Shown here: positions 21,412-30,888 of the stretch, one piece after another | Position numbering within the stretch: position 1 is the stretch's first letter | Layout of the letters: each line of letters opens with the position of its first letter | Assembly: GCA_965217895.1 (NCBI GenBank) | Contig: CBDCJV010000002.1 | Coordinates: forward strand, 3,840,001 to 3,904,000 | Reading direction: 5' to 3' | Origin: Waterburya sp. | GTDB lineage: Bacteria > Cyanobacteriota > Cyanobacteriia > Cyanobacteriales > Xenococcaceae | Length of the DNA: 64,000 nt | Program-made: the position numbers and the translations under genes | The notes under the pieces: model-generated | The model's input: the letters and a program-made list of their open reading frames with translations, nothing else | The model's database searches: none | What the model was told of the DNA's origin: nothing

Positions 21412-21526
21412 GTAGGATGGGCAAACTAAAAACCAAGTGTGTCAATATACATTAAAAGTGAAACACTCGGCGTGGAATATGCGCCGTGCAACGACGCATT
21501 TCCGCCGACTAAATTTGCCCACCGTA
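21412..21526. repeat. REPIN-like repeat with a 51-nt hairpin insertion
   Basis: Aligns with 13920-13984 except for the extra segment 21458-21508. Confidence 0.75.
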
Positions 21527-21548
21527 TTAAGTAATCAGTAATCAGCCA

Positions 21549-22013
21549 ATGAAATTAAGATTAAAAGACCTAGAAATTAGTAGTCCTGCTTTTGCAGCTT
21601 TAGAACAGATCCCCCAACGCTATACTAGTGACGGAGAAAACGTTTCCCCTGCTTTACAGTGGAGCAAAATACCGCCAGAAACTAAACAGCTTGCATTGAT
21701 TTGTCACGATCCTGATGCACCTTTACCTTGGGGATTTACTCACTGGGTTGTTTACAATATTCCCGCCGACATTACCGAAATAGAAGAAGCTGGGGGAGAT
21801 CTATTTACCGCTGGGGTTAACAGTTCTGGTAGCAAAGGTTATACAGGGGCTGCACCTCCATCAGGACACGGTGTTCATCACTATTACTTCTGGCTTTATG
21901 CTTTGGATAAATCTTTAAACCTCAAGGCAGGATTAAATCGAGAAGAATTACTAAATGCGATCGCCGATTCGGTAACAGCACAAGCCAGACTAGTAGGAAC
22001 TTATCAACGTTAA
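21549..22013 (+). CDS. YbhB/YbcL family (PEBP / Raf-kinase-inhibitor-like) protein
   Basis: ENVSPALQW, CHDPDAP, FTHWVVYNIP and PPSGHGVHHYYF.LYALD. Confidence 0.92.
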   Translation: MKLRLKDLEISSPAFAALEQIPQRYTSDGENVSPALQWSKIPPETKQLALICHDPDAPLPWGFTHWVVYNIPADITEIEEAGGDLFTAGVNSSGSKGYTGAAPPSGHGVHHYYFWLYALDKSLNLKAGLNREELLNAIADSVTAQARLVGTYQR

Positions 22014-22083
22014 AGTTACCGTTAATTCTAAAAGGGCGAAAGACTATTTACCCTTAGCAAAATGTACTAAATTTAATTAATTA

Positions 22084-23208
22084 TTGACCATGAATACAAC
22101 CAGCGTCCCTCATCTCCTCAATGCTTTCGATCTTGGAAGTCTGTCTTTAAATAACCGCGTGGTTATGGCTCCTTTGACTCGCTCTCGTGCTGGTGCAGAC
22201 AGGATACCTAATGCTTTGATGGCAGAATATTACGCTCAACGAGCGGGTGCGGGGTTGATTATTACTGAAGCTACAACCATTTCCAAACAGGCTAATGGTT
22301 GGCAACATAGTCCTGGAATCTATACAGCAGAACAAACCCAAGCGTGGAAACAGGTAGTTGATGCTGTACACGCTAAAGGCACACCAATTTTTCTGCAACT
22401 ATGGCATACAGGAAGATCTTCTCACAGCAGTTTCCAAGAAAACAACCAGCTTCCTGTTGCCCCTTCGGCAATTAAAATTGAGGGGTCGGAGTCTCACACG
22501 CCCAATGGCAAACAACCCTATGAAACTCCTAGAGCTTTAGAAACTGCGGAAATTTCTCAAGTAGTGGAAGATTACCGCACCTCAGCAGCTAATGCCAAAG
22601 AAGCTGGCTTTGATGGGGTAGAAATACATAGTGCAAATGGCTATTTGATAGATGAGTTTTTGCAGTCCAAAACCAACCAGCGCACTGATAAATATGGTGG
22701 AAGTATTGCCAATCGCTATCGTTTTTTACAAGAAATCGTGGAGGCAGTATTAACTGTCTACAATGCTGATAGCGTGGGAGTCAGACTTTCCCCCAACGGC
22801 AACTACAACGATATGGGTTCACCAGATTTCCGCGAGACTTTTACTTATGTAGCGCAACAGTTAAACAGCTATGGATTGGCGTATATACATTTATTAGATG
22901 GTTTAGCTTTTGGATTTCATGAGTTAGGCGAACCAATGACCCTGACAGAATTTAGAAAGGTATACGATGGGGTGCTGATGGGTAACTGTGGTTACGATCG
23001 CAACTCGGCAGAAAAAGCGATCGCCTCTGGAGATGCCGACTTAATTGCCTTTGGTAGACCATATATTAGCAATCCCGATTTAGTTGCTCGTTTTGCTAAC
23101 AATTGGGAACTCAATTCTGAGGCAGAGATGTCTATCTGGTATTCTTTTGATGCCGAAGGTTATACTGATTTTCCCACCTATCAAGAGTCTAATTTAGCTT
23201 CTGCTTAA
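22084..23208 (+). CDS. Old yellow enzyme family alkene reductase (NemA-like)
   Basis: NRVVMAPLTRSR, YYAQRA, QLWHTGR, GFDGVEIHSANGYLIDEF and AFGRPYISNPDL. Start may be ATG 22090. Confidence 0.93.
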   Translation: MTMNTTSVPHLLNAFDLGSLSLNNRVVMAPLTRSRAGADRIPNALMAEYYAQRAGAGLIITEATTISKQANGWQHSPGIYTAEQTQAWKQVVDAVHAKGTPIFLQLWHTGRSSHSSFQENNQLPVAPSAIKIEGSESHTPNGKQPYETPRALETAEISQVVEDYRTSAANAKEAGFDGVEIHSANGYLIDEFLQSKTNQRTDKYGGSIANRYRFLQEIVEAVLTVYNADSVGVRLSPNGNYNDMGSPDFRETFTYVAQQLNSYGLAYIHLLDGLAFGFHELGEPMTLTEFRKVYDGVLMGNCGYDRNSAEKAIASGDADLIAFGRPYISNPDLVARFANNWELNSEAEMSIWYSFDAEGYTDFPTYQESNLASA

Positions 23209-23237
23209 CTTGAGCTTGAAATATTTCACAACCCTAT

Positions 23238-24803
23238 ATGAAATTTGAATTTGTCTCAGACCCAGAAATATCGGTCAAGATAGACCAGATGAAGCGTAGA
23301 GTGCGTTGGCAAGAATCTCTATTTAAAGAAAAGGCGATCGCTCAAACTAAATTAGTAATCGACGAGGAGGATACAGATAATCCTCAATTTTCTTTTTTAG
23401 TAATTGGTGATAGTGGCTGTGGCTCACACTTAAAGCATCACCCCCAACGTAAAATTGCCGAGATGATGCTAGAACATCAGCAATCGCGTTTTATTCTGCA
23501 TACGGGAGATCTGGTCTATCAAGTTGGCTCTAGCGAATATTATCATAATAATTTTATTAATCCTTATCAAGAGTTTTTAGTTGGCGGAGAAAATTCCCAA
23601 CATCTTAGATACGATGACTTAACGTTTAAATTACCATTTTTCCCTGTTCCAGGTAATCATGACTATTATGATTTACCTTTTCTTTATGGCATCTTTTTTC
23701 AGACTACCTGGTTGCCACGTCGATTGCTGCGAGGCAGATTAGATTTAGATGTGGGTTGGCATGGCTCAGAACAAGGAAATGCTTATGCCAGGGCGTTTCT
23801 AGACTATTTATTAGATATTAAAGGTACGGTTAATTTAAAACAGCATTTAGATAATCACTATATAGCCAAACACCAGGGCGATCGCTGTTTAAACTATCAA
23901 CCAGGCAAATTTACTCGTTTGCCCAATCGTTACTATACTTTTCGCTATGGTGGAATTGATTTTTTTGCTTTGGATTCCAATACTTTTAATGAGCCTTTAG
24001 CGATTCCTGATACGGAAGCAGGAAAAAATAAAAGAGTCAAACTATTAGAGCGTCAAGGTGAGTTAGACAAGCGAGAACAAGAGATCCAGGCAGCAATGGA
24101 CAAGCTCGATCCCAATAACTATGAAGATGCCGAACAGATGGATGATTACTACGCTAAATTAGAGTATATTGCCGAAAGCCAAAGAGATATAGAAAAGCAG
24201 TTAAATCAAGTGCAACAAGCAACTGATTGGGAACAATTAGATTGGTTTAGAGATAGCTTGATCGCATCTTGGCAGGATGAATCTGTACGAGGCAGAATTG
24301 TTTTTTTTCATCATCCTCCCTATGTTACCGAAGCTACAAAATGGAATCAGGGACAAACTATAGCAATTCGCGATCGCCTGCGTCAGGTATTTGATAACGT
24401 GGTTAAAGATATAGGAGAATTACCGCCAGGCAAATCTGTAGTAAATTTAGTTTTATCAGGTCACGCTCACTGTATGGAGCATTTGTACACTAAAGATACA
24501 GGTTACGCTGATTCATATACCGACTGGATTGTCTGTGGTGGAAGCGGTCATAGTTTGCGTCGTCAAAGAAGAGAAGGTGCGGTGTTATTTCAAGATGACG
24601 CTCTCGATTCTAAACCGATAGGGCAGTCTCATTTATTTATTGGACGCAATGGTAAAGGTAAAAATACAAAAAGACCTTATTCTTTTCTACGTATTGATGT
24701 CCAGGCTGGAGAGCAGCCTAAGTTTGTTGTCAATCCTTATGTGGCCGAATGGCATCAACGTCGATGGCATGAATACGCGGAGAAGTCTTTTGTAATTGAT
24801 TAG
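23238..24803 (+). CDS. Calcineurin-like metallophosphoesterase
   Basis: IGDSG, HTGDLVY, PGNHDY, FFHHPPY and LSGHAH motifs. Its TAG stop is contributed by the MITE TIR. Confidence 0.88.
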   Translation: MKFEFVSDPEISVKIDQMKRRVRWQESLFKEKAIAQTKLVIDEEDTDNPQFSFLVIGDSGCGSHLKHHPQRKIAEMMLEHQQSRFILHTGDLVYQVGSSEYYHNNFINPYQEFLVGGENSQHLRYDDLTFKLPFFPVPGNHDYYDLPFLYGIFFQTTWLPRRLLRGRLDLDVGWHGSEQGNAYARAFLDYLLDIKGTVNLKQHLDNHYIAKHQGDRCLNYQPGKFTRLPNRYYTFRYGGIDFFALDSNTFNEPLAIPDTEAGKNKRVKLLERQGELDKREQEIQAAMDKLDPNNYEDAEQMDDYYAKLEYIAESQRDIEKQLNQVQQATDWEQLDWFRDSLIASWQDESVRGRIVFFHHPPYVTEATKWNQGQTIAIRDRLRQVFDNVVKDIGELPPGKSVVNLVLSGHAHCMEHLYTKDTGYADSYTDWIVCGGSGHSLRRQRREGAVLFQDDALDSKPIGQSHLFIGRNGKGKNTKRPYSFLRIDVQAGEQPKFVVNPYVAEWHQRRWHEYAEKSFVID

Positions 24804-25108
24804 GACTTACGCAGTTTAACGAGTTTTGCCCCCCTAGCCCCCCAAATCTGGGGGAACAAGAATTAAAAGTCCCCCTCTCGCGCATTCCCTTGCTAGGTCA
24901 GCATTCCCTTGCGCCTTCGGACGACGCGGGGTCTGACCTCTGACGGCGACGCGGTGAGACAGTTGCGTTGCGGGGGTTTCCCCCGTTGAGCAAACTGTTG
25001 AACCCTTTAGGGGGTCGCTCGCCTTGGGGGATTTAGGGTGGGTGGAAATGCTTCTGTCTAAGAAGCTTATTCCACACCCATCCGAAGGGGGCGAGTACGT
25101 AAGTCCTA
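24801..25108. mobile_element. MITE (TAGGACTTACG TIRs) loaded with nested micro-elements
   Basis: TIRs TAGGACTTACGCA (24801-24813) / TACGTAAGTCCTA (25096-25108); TTGAT directly repeated at 24796-24800 and 25109-25113. Confidence 0.82.
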
Positions 25109-25118
25109 TTGATAATTG

Positions 25119-25835
25119 TTAATTGTTAATTGTTATTTTACCCGAACATAATATTTGCTCAGATTCAATTTCTAGTTGTTCTATTGACACGTCTTTTCCT
25201 AAGTAAATTTCTAGCTGATGGTCGTGCTGTTTGAATTGGGTTATTTGACTATCAATTTTGACAGGTGATAAATAAAGAGTATGAGTATCAAGTAACTTGA
25301 TCCCCGTAAACAAATAAAGCTTATTTGTCTTATTGTTACTATCTTGATAGCTTCCTAATAGAGTTAGTCCTTCAGCGATGCCTGAGTCCTTCGGACTTGC
25401 TTCGCAAACGGCTAGCTTCACAATCGCAATTGATTGCCATTTAATTTCCGAGATAGCTCGATTTTGTTGCTTTGGTGCGATCATCCGCCACAGATCTGTT
25501 AATCCACTTTGTAATAAAGGCGAAGTCAAAGAGGATTGCAGATCCCCAGAGTTGATGCTCAATTTAACATCTACTACGATTGGCTCTAAAAGTTGAAAAG
25601 GTTTGTTTTTGAGAACTTCTGGTAAATTAAAGCCAATATTAGCTCCTTTAACTTCAACTTGATTTAAGTGCAGCCCTTGATATATAACGCGATCGCAACT
25701 AAGCAAGACTTGGGGAATATAGCCTTTGAGAATTTGCCTATTTTTACCAATAATTTTTACCTTTAGATCTTTTACCTGGGAAACTTGCGATCGCAAATAA
25801 AACTTAACTGCCGTAGATAATATTTTATTAATCAC
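25119..25835 (-). CDS. DUF2993 (LmeA-like) protein
   Basis: LRSQVSQVKDLKV, ILKGYIPQV, IYQGLHL and PFQLLEPI resemble cyanobacterial DUF2993 proteins. Contains a 45-nt in-frame insertion in HIP1. Confidence 0.75.
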   Translation of the reverse strand: MINKILSTAVKFYLRSQVSQVKDLKVKIIGKNRQILKGYIPQVLLSCDRVIYQGLHLNQVEVKGANIGFNLPEVLKNKPFQLLEPIVVDVKLSINSGDLQSSLTSPLLQSGLTDLWRMIAPKQQNRAISEIKWQSIAIVKLAVCEASPKDSGIAEGLTLLGSYQDSNNKTNKLYLFTGIKLLDTHTLYLSPVKIDSQITQFKQHDHQLEIYLGKDVSIEQLEIESEQILCSGKITINN

Positions 25836-26023
25836 TTTATATCTTAAGTGTTTGCAGAAAACTTAGCTTAAAAATTAGACGATTATATTTTTGTGAGCGA
25901 CTGATACTTTATCATTTTTTTTGGGCAATATATAACTAGCTTATAAACTGGCTCATATGCTTGGAGAGACAACTATCTTTTTTTGTAAAATTAAAAGTTA
26001 CATACTGGTAGGAAAATCTCTCT

Positions 26024-26809
26024 ATGGCTGAAAGAGTTCAAAAAGTTTTGTCCCAATGGGGTATTGCCTCGCGACGCAAAGCAGAAAAAATGATTTTAGC
26101 AGGTAGAATCCAGGTCAACGGTCAAATAGCTAAAGTAGGAGACAAAGTTGACCTAGCTACGGATAGCTTATATGTAGATGGAAAGCCTCTTAAGATGGCC
26201 GATCGCCCTCAATTAATTTATTTACTATTGAATAAACCACCAGGAGTAGTCTGTACTTGTTCTGACCCCCACAATCGCCCTACCGTCATTGATTTATTAC
26301 CTGCAAAACTAAAACAGGGAACAGGAATTCATCCAGTAGGTAGATTGGATTTTGCCTCTAGCGGTGCTTTAATTTTGACTAATGATGGCGAGTTAACTCT
26401 TAGTTTGACTCATCCCCGTTACCATTTACCCAAGACTTATGTTGTTGAATTGGATCGTTCTCCAAGGCAAAAAGACTTGTCTTTGTGGCGTAAAGGAATT
26501 ATGTTGGATGACAGAAAAACCTTGCCTGCCAAAATTACACAGCTAGAGCATAATCAATCACAAAAAATCATAGAGATAATTTTAACAGAAGGAAGAAATC
26601 GCCAAATACGCCGTGTAGCCGAAAAACTTGGTTATCAAGTGCAAAAGCTACACCGCACGGTAATTGGTTCGATAACTCTAAAATCTTGCAATGTGGAACT
26701 TCCCCAAGGCAAATATAGACGTTTAGAACAGGCAGAAATTAACTTTCTCAAAAGTTCTAGTAATTTAACTCTAAAAGTAGCTGCACAGCCTGGGAGCGCA
26801 GTGATATGA
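26024..26809 (+). CDS. rRNA pseudouridine synthase (RsuA/RluB family)
   Basis: S4 domain (ERVQKVL...SRRKAE), LLNKPPG, VGRLDF (catalytic Asp) and EGRNRQIRR. Confidence 0.93.
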   Translation: MAERVQKVLSQWGIASRRKAEKMILAGRIQVNGQIAKVGDKVDLATDSLYVDGKPLKMADRPQLIYLLLNKPPGVVCTCSDPHNRPTVIDLLPAKLKQGTGIHPVGRLDFASSGALILTNDGELTLSLTHPRYHLPKTYVVELDRSPRQKDLSLWRKGIMLDDRKTLPAKITQLEHNQSQKIIEIILTEGRNRQIRRVAEKLGYQVQKLHRTVIGSITLKSCNVELPQGKYRRLEQAEINFLKSSSNLTLKVAAQPGSAVI

Positions 26810-27579
26810 ACAACAATAATCTTAATGCCGAGCAGCAAAAACAACTTCAAGACATAGGTATTAAACTACATAATCTTCGTGTGGCTAAAAATATTTCTTT
26901 AGATACTGTAGCAGCTAATACCAGAATTGGTAAACGGCTTTTGTTAGCTATCGAGACTGGGGATCTAGAAGAATTACCCGAAGCTTTTTATGTTCAAGCC
27001 TTGGTCGCCAAATTTGCTCAGGAGATTGATGCTGAGGAAGTAAATTTTGTTGCTCCACCATCTGCTGACTTAAACGTAGTAGATACTGCTAGTCCTAAAG
27101 CTAATCGTCGATACGGGTTTAATTTTCAATTGCGATCGCTTCATTTATACTTACTCTATGTTTTTCTGGTAGTTGTATCCGTTAAAGGGATTACGATGCT
27201 GGTAGAACGTCCAGTAATTATTAATCAAGCACCTGAAGAACAACCTACTTTGGATGCTGAAGTGACGCAATCTGCAAATCCTCTCAAAACAGAGAAGCCT
27301 CAATCTGTTCCTCAATTTGTTTCTCAATCAACTGATTCTAATTCAGTCAGCGTCGGTATTAATTTACAAGAGCGTTGTTGGCTCAAAGTTATGGTAGACG
27401 GAAAACTTGCTTTTGAGGGGACTTTACCCCAGGGTACACAGCGTCAATGGACTGGCAAAAAAGAAGTGACAATTAAAGCAGGTAATGCTGGAGGAGTAGC
27501 TATTAGCTTTAATAACGAGCAGCAAAAGGTTTTAGGCGCACCTGGAGAAGTAGAAGAGATTACCTATACGGTTAATTAA
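26806..27579 (+). CDS. rodZ: RodZ-like cytoskeletal protein (HTH-TM-DUF4115)
   Basis: N-terminal HTH (LLAIETGD...LPEAFYV), TM segment, C-terminal CWLKVMVDGK...AGNAGGV. Confidence 0.85.
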   Translation: MNNNNLNAEQQKQLQDIGIKLHNLRVAKNISLDTVAANTRIGKRLLLAIETGDLEELPEAFYVQALVAKFAQEIDAEEVNFVAPPSADLNVVDTASPKANRRYGFNFQLRSLHLYLLYVFLVVVSVKGITMLVERPVIINQAPEEQPTLDAEVTQSANPLKTEKPQSVPQFVSQSTDSNSVSVGINLQERCWLKVMVDGKLAFEGTLPQGTQRQWTGKKEVTIKAGNAGGVAISFNNEQQKVLGAPGEVEEITYTVN

Positions 27580-27716
27580 TATCGCTTTGCTTAGGTAGTA
27601 GGTAGTAAGTAGTAAATAGTAGGTTTGTTTACGTCCAAGTCTACTAAATAATAGTCTTGAGCAAAATTTTGATTGAAGCAGTTAAAAAAGATTTGAGCTT
27701 GGACAACGAAGTAACT

Positions 27717-27758
27717 ATCCCTCTCTAAAAGCTTTATTTTAGAGAGGGATGCTTTTTT
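27717..27758 (+). terminator. Intrinsic terminator-like hairpin
   Basis: 14-bp stem ATCCCTCTCTAAAA/TTTTAGAGAGGGAT followed by GCTTTTTT. Confidence 0.6.
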
Positions 27759-27798
27759 GCAGCCATGTCAAACAAATCATTCAGATTACAGAGGTTTT

Positions 27799-28674
27799 AT
27801 GCCCAAGCTAAAGCCAAATTTAGCATTACCGCCTCCTAATATTTTGGTATTGGTATCTATAGTCTCAACTCAACTAGGTTCGGCATTCGCCAAAACTATC
27901 ATTCAAGAAATAGGACCAACCACTACAGTGCTTTTAAGGATTGGTCTAGGAGCGATCGCTTTATTACTGTTGCAAAGACCTCAGCTAAAAGGTTACACTC
28001 TTGCCAACTATTTACTCATGATTTTGTTTGGCTTGAGCATGGCAGCCATGAATCTGAGCTTTTATGGGGCAATTGAGCGTATTCCTTTAGGTATTGCCGT
28101 CACTTTAGAATTTATTGGGCCTTTAGGCGTTGCTTGCGCTAATTCCCGTAGAATTTTGGACTTGCTTTGGATATTGCTCGCAGCAGTAGGAATTTTCTTG
28201 TTAGCCCCAACACAAGGATCTTCTCTCGATCCTCTTGGTGTGGCTTTAGCTTTGTTGGCAGCGTTTTTTTGGGGTACATATATTTTGCTATCTGCCAAAA
28301 TAGGCAAAGTATTTGCTGATGTGAATGGACTAGGGTTGATGTCGGCAGTATTGGCAGTGGGAACATTGGGACTTTTACCACTAAGCATATTATCTGGAGG
28401 TTTGACCAGACTTGAACCCAAGTTTTTAGCAGCAGGAATAGCGATCGCCATTCTTTCTTCAGCAATTCCCTATACTTTTGAACTCGAAGCACTAAAAAAA
28501 CTTCCCATTCGTGTTTTTGGTGTGCTGATGAGTATAGAACCAGCATTTGCAGCTTTTTTGGGTTTTATTATTCTGCGAGAAAAATTAGAGCTTCGCGCCC
28601 TTGTTGCCATTGCACTAGTTACCTTCGCTTCGCTTGGAGCTTCCGCTTTTGAAAAACGTTCTCGTTTGAAGTAA
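27799..28674 (+). CDS. EamA/DMT transporter, RhtA-like
   Basis: STQLGSAFAK, MNLSFY.AIERIPLGIAVTLEFIGPL, SSAIPYTFE and MSIEPA; about 10 TMs. ATG 27799 preferred. Confidence 0.88.
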   Translation: MPKLKPNLALPPPNILVLVSIVSTQLGSAFAKTIIQEIGPTTTVLLRIGLGAIALLLLQRPQLKGYTLANYLLMILFGLSMAAMNLSFYGAIERIPLGIAVTLEFIGPLGVACANSRRILDLLWILLAAVGIFLLAPTQGSSLDPLGVALALLAAFFWGTYILLSAKIGKVFADVNGLGLMSAVLAVGTLGLLPLSILSGGLTRLEPKFLAAGIAIAILSSAIPYTFELEALKKLPIRVFGVLMSIEPAFAAFLGFIILREKLELRALVAIALVTFASLGASAFEKRSRLK

Positions 28675-28807
28675 AAACTGTTCAACTTTTTCAATTCATT
28701 GTCCTATGGCAAACATTAAACTGCCTGCTTTAGAGATGATAATCTCTATTCAGTGATTATCATTAGGTTTATTCTTAGAAAAAGCAATATTAAATAAACA
28801 GATAATT

Positions 28808-30736
28808 ATGAATACAGCAGCTAAACAAATCGCCTTTGACTATATTAATCTTGATTCTTTACCTGACGTATGGAAGATAACAGCCGAAAAGTTTGGCGAT
28901 ACTGTCGCGTTAAAAGATCCCCACGCTAAACCAGAAGTTATTATCACTTATCAAGAGTTGCATCAGCAGATTCAGCAGTTTGCTAGTGGTTTACAGGCTT
29001 TAAACATTCAGCCCCAAGATAAGATTGCTTTGTTTGCCGATAATAGCCCCCGTTGGTTTATTGCCGATCAGGGAATTATGATGGCAGGGGCGGTAGATGT
29101 AGTGCGTTCTTCTGGGGCAGAACAGCAAGAACTAACGTATATTTTAGAAAATAGCGATAGCAACAGTCTAATAGTCGAGAATTTGAAAACTCTGGACAAG
29201 TTAAGCTCAAACTTGGCAGATTTACCTATTAAGCTAGTTGTTTTGTTAAGCGACGAGACACCAGGCGATGAACAGCAGATTAAAATTATTAACTTTACGC
29301 AGTTGATGGAATTGGGCAAAGCTAGACAGCTAGAGCCTGTTGAGCAAAATAAAGATACTCTGGCAACTTTACTTTATACTTCTGGCACGACAGGAAAACC
29401 TAAGGGAGTAATGCTAAGTCATGGCAATTTATTACATCAGGTCAACTACATTAAAACTGTATTTCAACCTCAACCAGGGGACATAACTCTTTCTATTCTC
29501 CCTAGTTGGCACGCCTACGAACGGGCTGGGGAATATTTTTTCTTAACTCATGGGACAACACAAATTTACACTAGCATCCGTTACTTTAAGCAAGATTTAA
29601 AAAAATTTCAGCCTACCTATATGGTTGGTGTACCTCGTCTTTGGGAGTCGCTATACGATGGTGTGCAAAAGCTTTTAGGTGAACAATCAAAGTCGCAACA
29701 AAAGTTAGTTAAATTTTTTCTCAAGCAGTCAGAAAAATACATTATGGCAAAACGAATTGCTGAGAATACTAGCTTAGAACATTTTAATTCTTCTGCTACA
29801 GAGCGATCGCTTGCCAAATTAAAAGCAGCTTCTCTCTATCCCGTTCATGCCCTAGCAGACAAGCTTGTATATGGCAAAATTCGCGCTGGGGTGGGCAATA
29901 TTCAAGCTGTATGTAGCGGTGGTGGTTCTTTAGCTAAATACCTTGATGATTTTTATCAAACCGTGGGTATTGATGTCTTTGTCGGTTATGGATTAACCGA
30001 AACTTCGCCCATCACCAATGCCCGTACTCCCAAACATAATATTAGAGGTTCAGCGGGACAGCCTTTACCAGAAACGGAGATCAAAATTATTGACCCCAAA
30101 ACTCGCCAAAAATTGCCCCAGGGGTCAACGGGTTCGGTTTTAATTCGTGGTAGTCAGGTAATGCAGGGCTACTATAAAAACCCAGAAGCTACAGCTAAGG
30201 CAATTGATGCTGACGGTTGGTTTGATAGTGGTGATTTGGGTTGTTTGACTCCCTATAATGATTTGGTGCTAACGGGCAGGGCTAAAGATACTATTGTCTT
30301 AAGCAATGGCGAAAATATTGAACCTCAACCGATTGAAGATGCCTGTGTCCGTAGCGTTTATATTGACCAAATTATGCTGGTTGGTCAGGATCAACGAGCT
30401 TTGGGGGCGTTAATCGTGCCTAACTTAGAAACCCTGCAACAGTGGATAACAGAACAAAAATTGGATTTACATCTTCCGAATCAAGATAGTTCCCCCCAAG
30501 AAGTGACACAAAGTAATTTATCTAAACCTGCGATTGCCGATTTATACCGTAATGAGTTAAATCGCGAGGTTAAAAACCGCCCAGGTTATCGTTCAGATGA
30601 TCGTGTTGCTGATTTTCGTTTTGTTATCAAGCCTTTTTCTCAAGAAGATGGCACCATGACCCAAACCTTAAAAGTCAAGCGCCCTGTTGTGCAAGAAAAA
30701 TATCAGAGTTTAATTAACGAGATGTTTACTAACTAA
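28808..30736 (+). CDS. aas: Acyl-ACP synthetase / long-chain fatty acid-CoA ligase
   Basis: YTSGTTGKPKG, GYGLTETSP, GWFDSGDLG and GRAKDTIVLSNGENIEP. Followed by YlqD, as in other cyanobacteria. Confidence 0.88.
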   Translation: MNTAAKQIAFDYINLDSLPDVWKITAEKFGDTVALKDPHAKPEVIITYQELHQQIQQFASGLQALNIQPQDKIALFADNSPRWFIADQGIMMAGAVDVVRSSGAEQQELTYILENSDSNSLIVENLKTLDKLSSNLADLPIKLVVLLSDETPGDEQQIKIINFTQLMELGKARQLEPVEQNKDTLATLLYTSGTTGKPKGVMLSHGNLLHQVNYIKTVFQPQPGDITLSILPSWHAYERAGEYFFLTHGTTQIYTSIRYFKQDLKKFQPTYMVGVPRLWESLYDGVQKLLGEQSKSQQKLVKFFLKQSEKYIMAKRIAENTSLEHFNSSATERSLAKLKAASLYPVHALADKLVYGKIRAGVGNIQAVCSGGGSLAKYLDDFYQTVGIDVFVGYGLTETSPITNARTPKHNIRGSAGQPLPETEIKIIDPKTRQKLPQGSTGSVLIRGSQVMQGYYKNPEATAKAIDADGWFDSGDLGCLTPYNDLVLTGRAKDTIVLSNGENIEPQPIEDACVRSVYIDQIMLVGQDQRALGALIVPNLETLQQWITEQKLDLHLPNQDSSPQEVTQSNLSKPAIADLYRNELNREVKNRPGYRSDDRVADFRFVIKPFSQEDGTMTQTLKVKRPVVQEKYQSLINEMFTN

Positions 30737-30888
30737 AGAATAATTTCCCAAAAAACCATCTAAAAGCAATTTTTTAGGGTACAACTAAAAAGATTAAAAT
30801 TCAGGAATAGGACTTAGCTAGACTAAGAAACTGCCTGCAATCTTTAAGCTGCAATCAAAATTTGAGAATTTAAGAAGGAGTCGAAATC

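Noticed and set aside
24801..25108. CRISPR array
   Set aside because: Repeats are nested and irregular, with no constant repeat-spacer period and no cas genes in the window.
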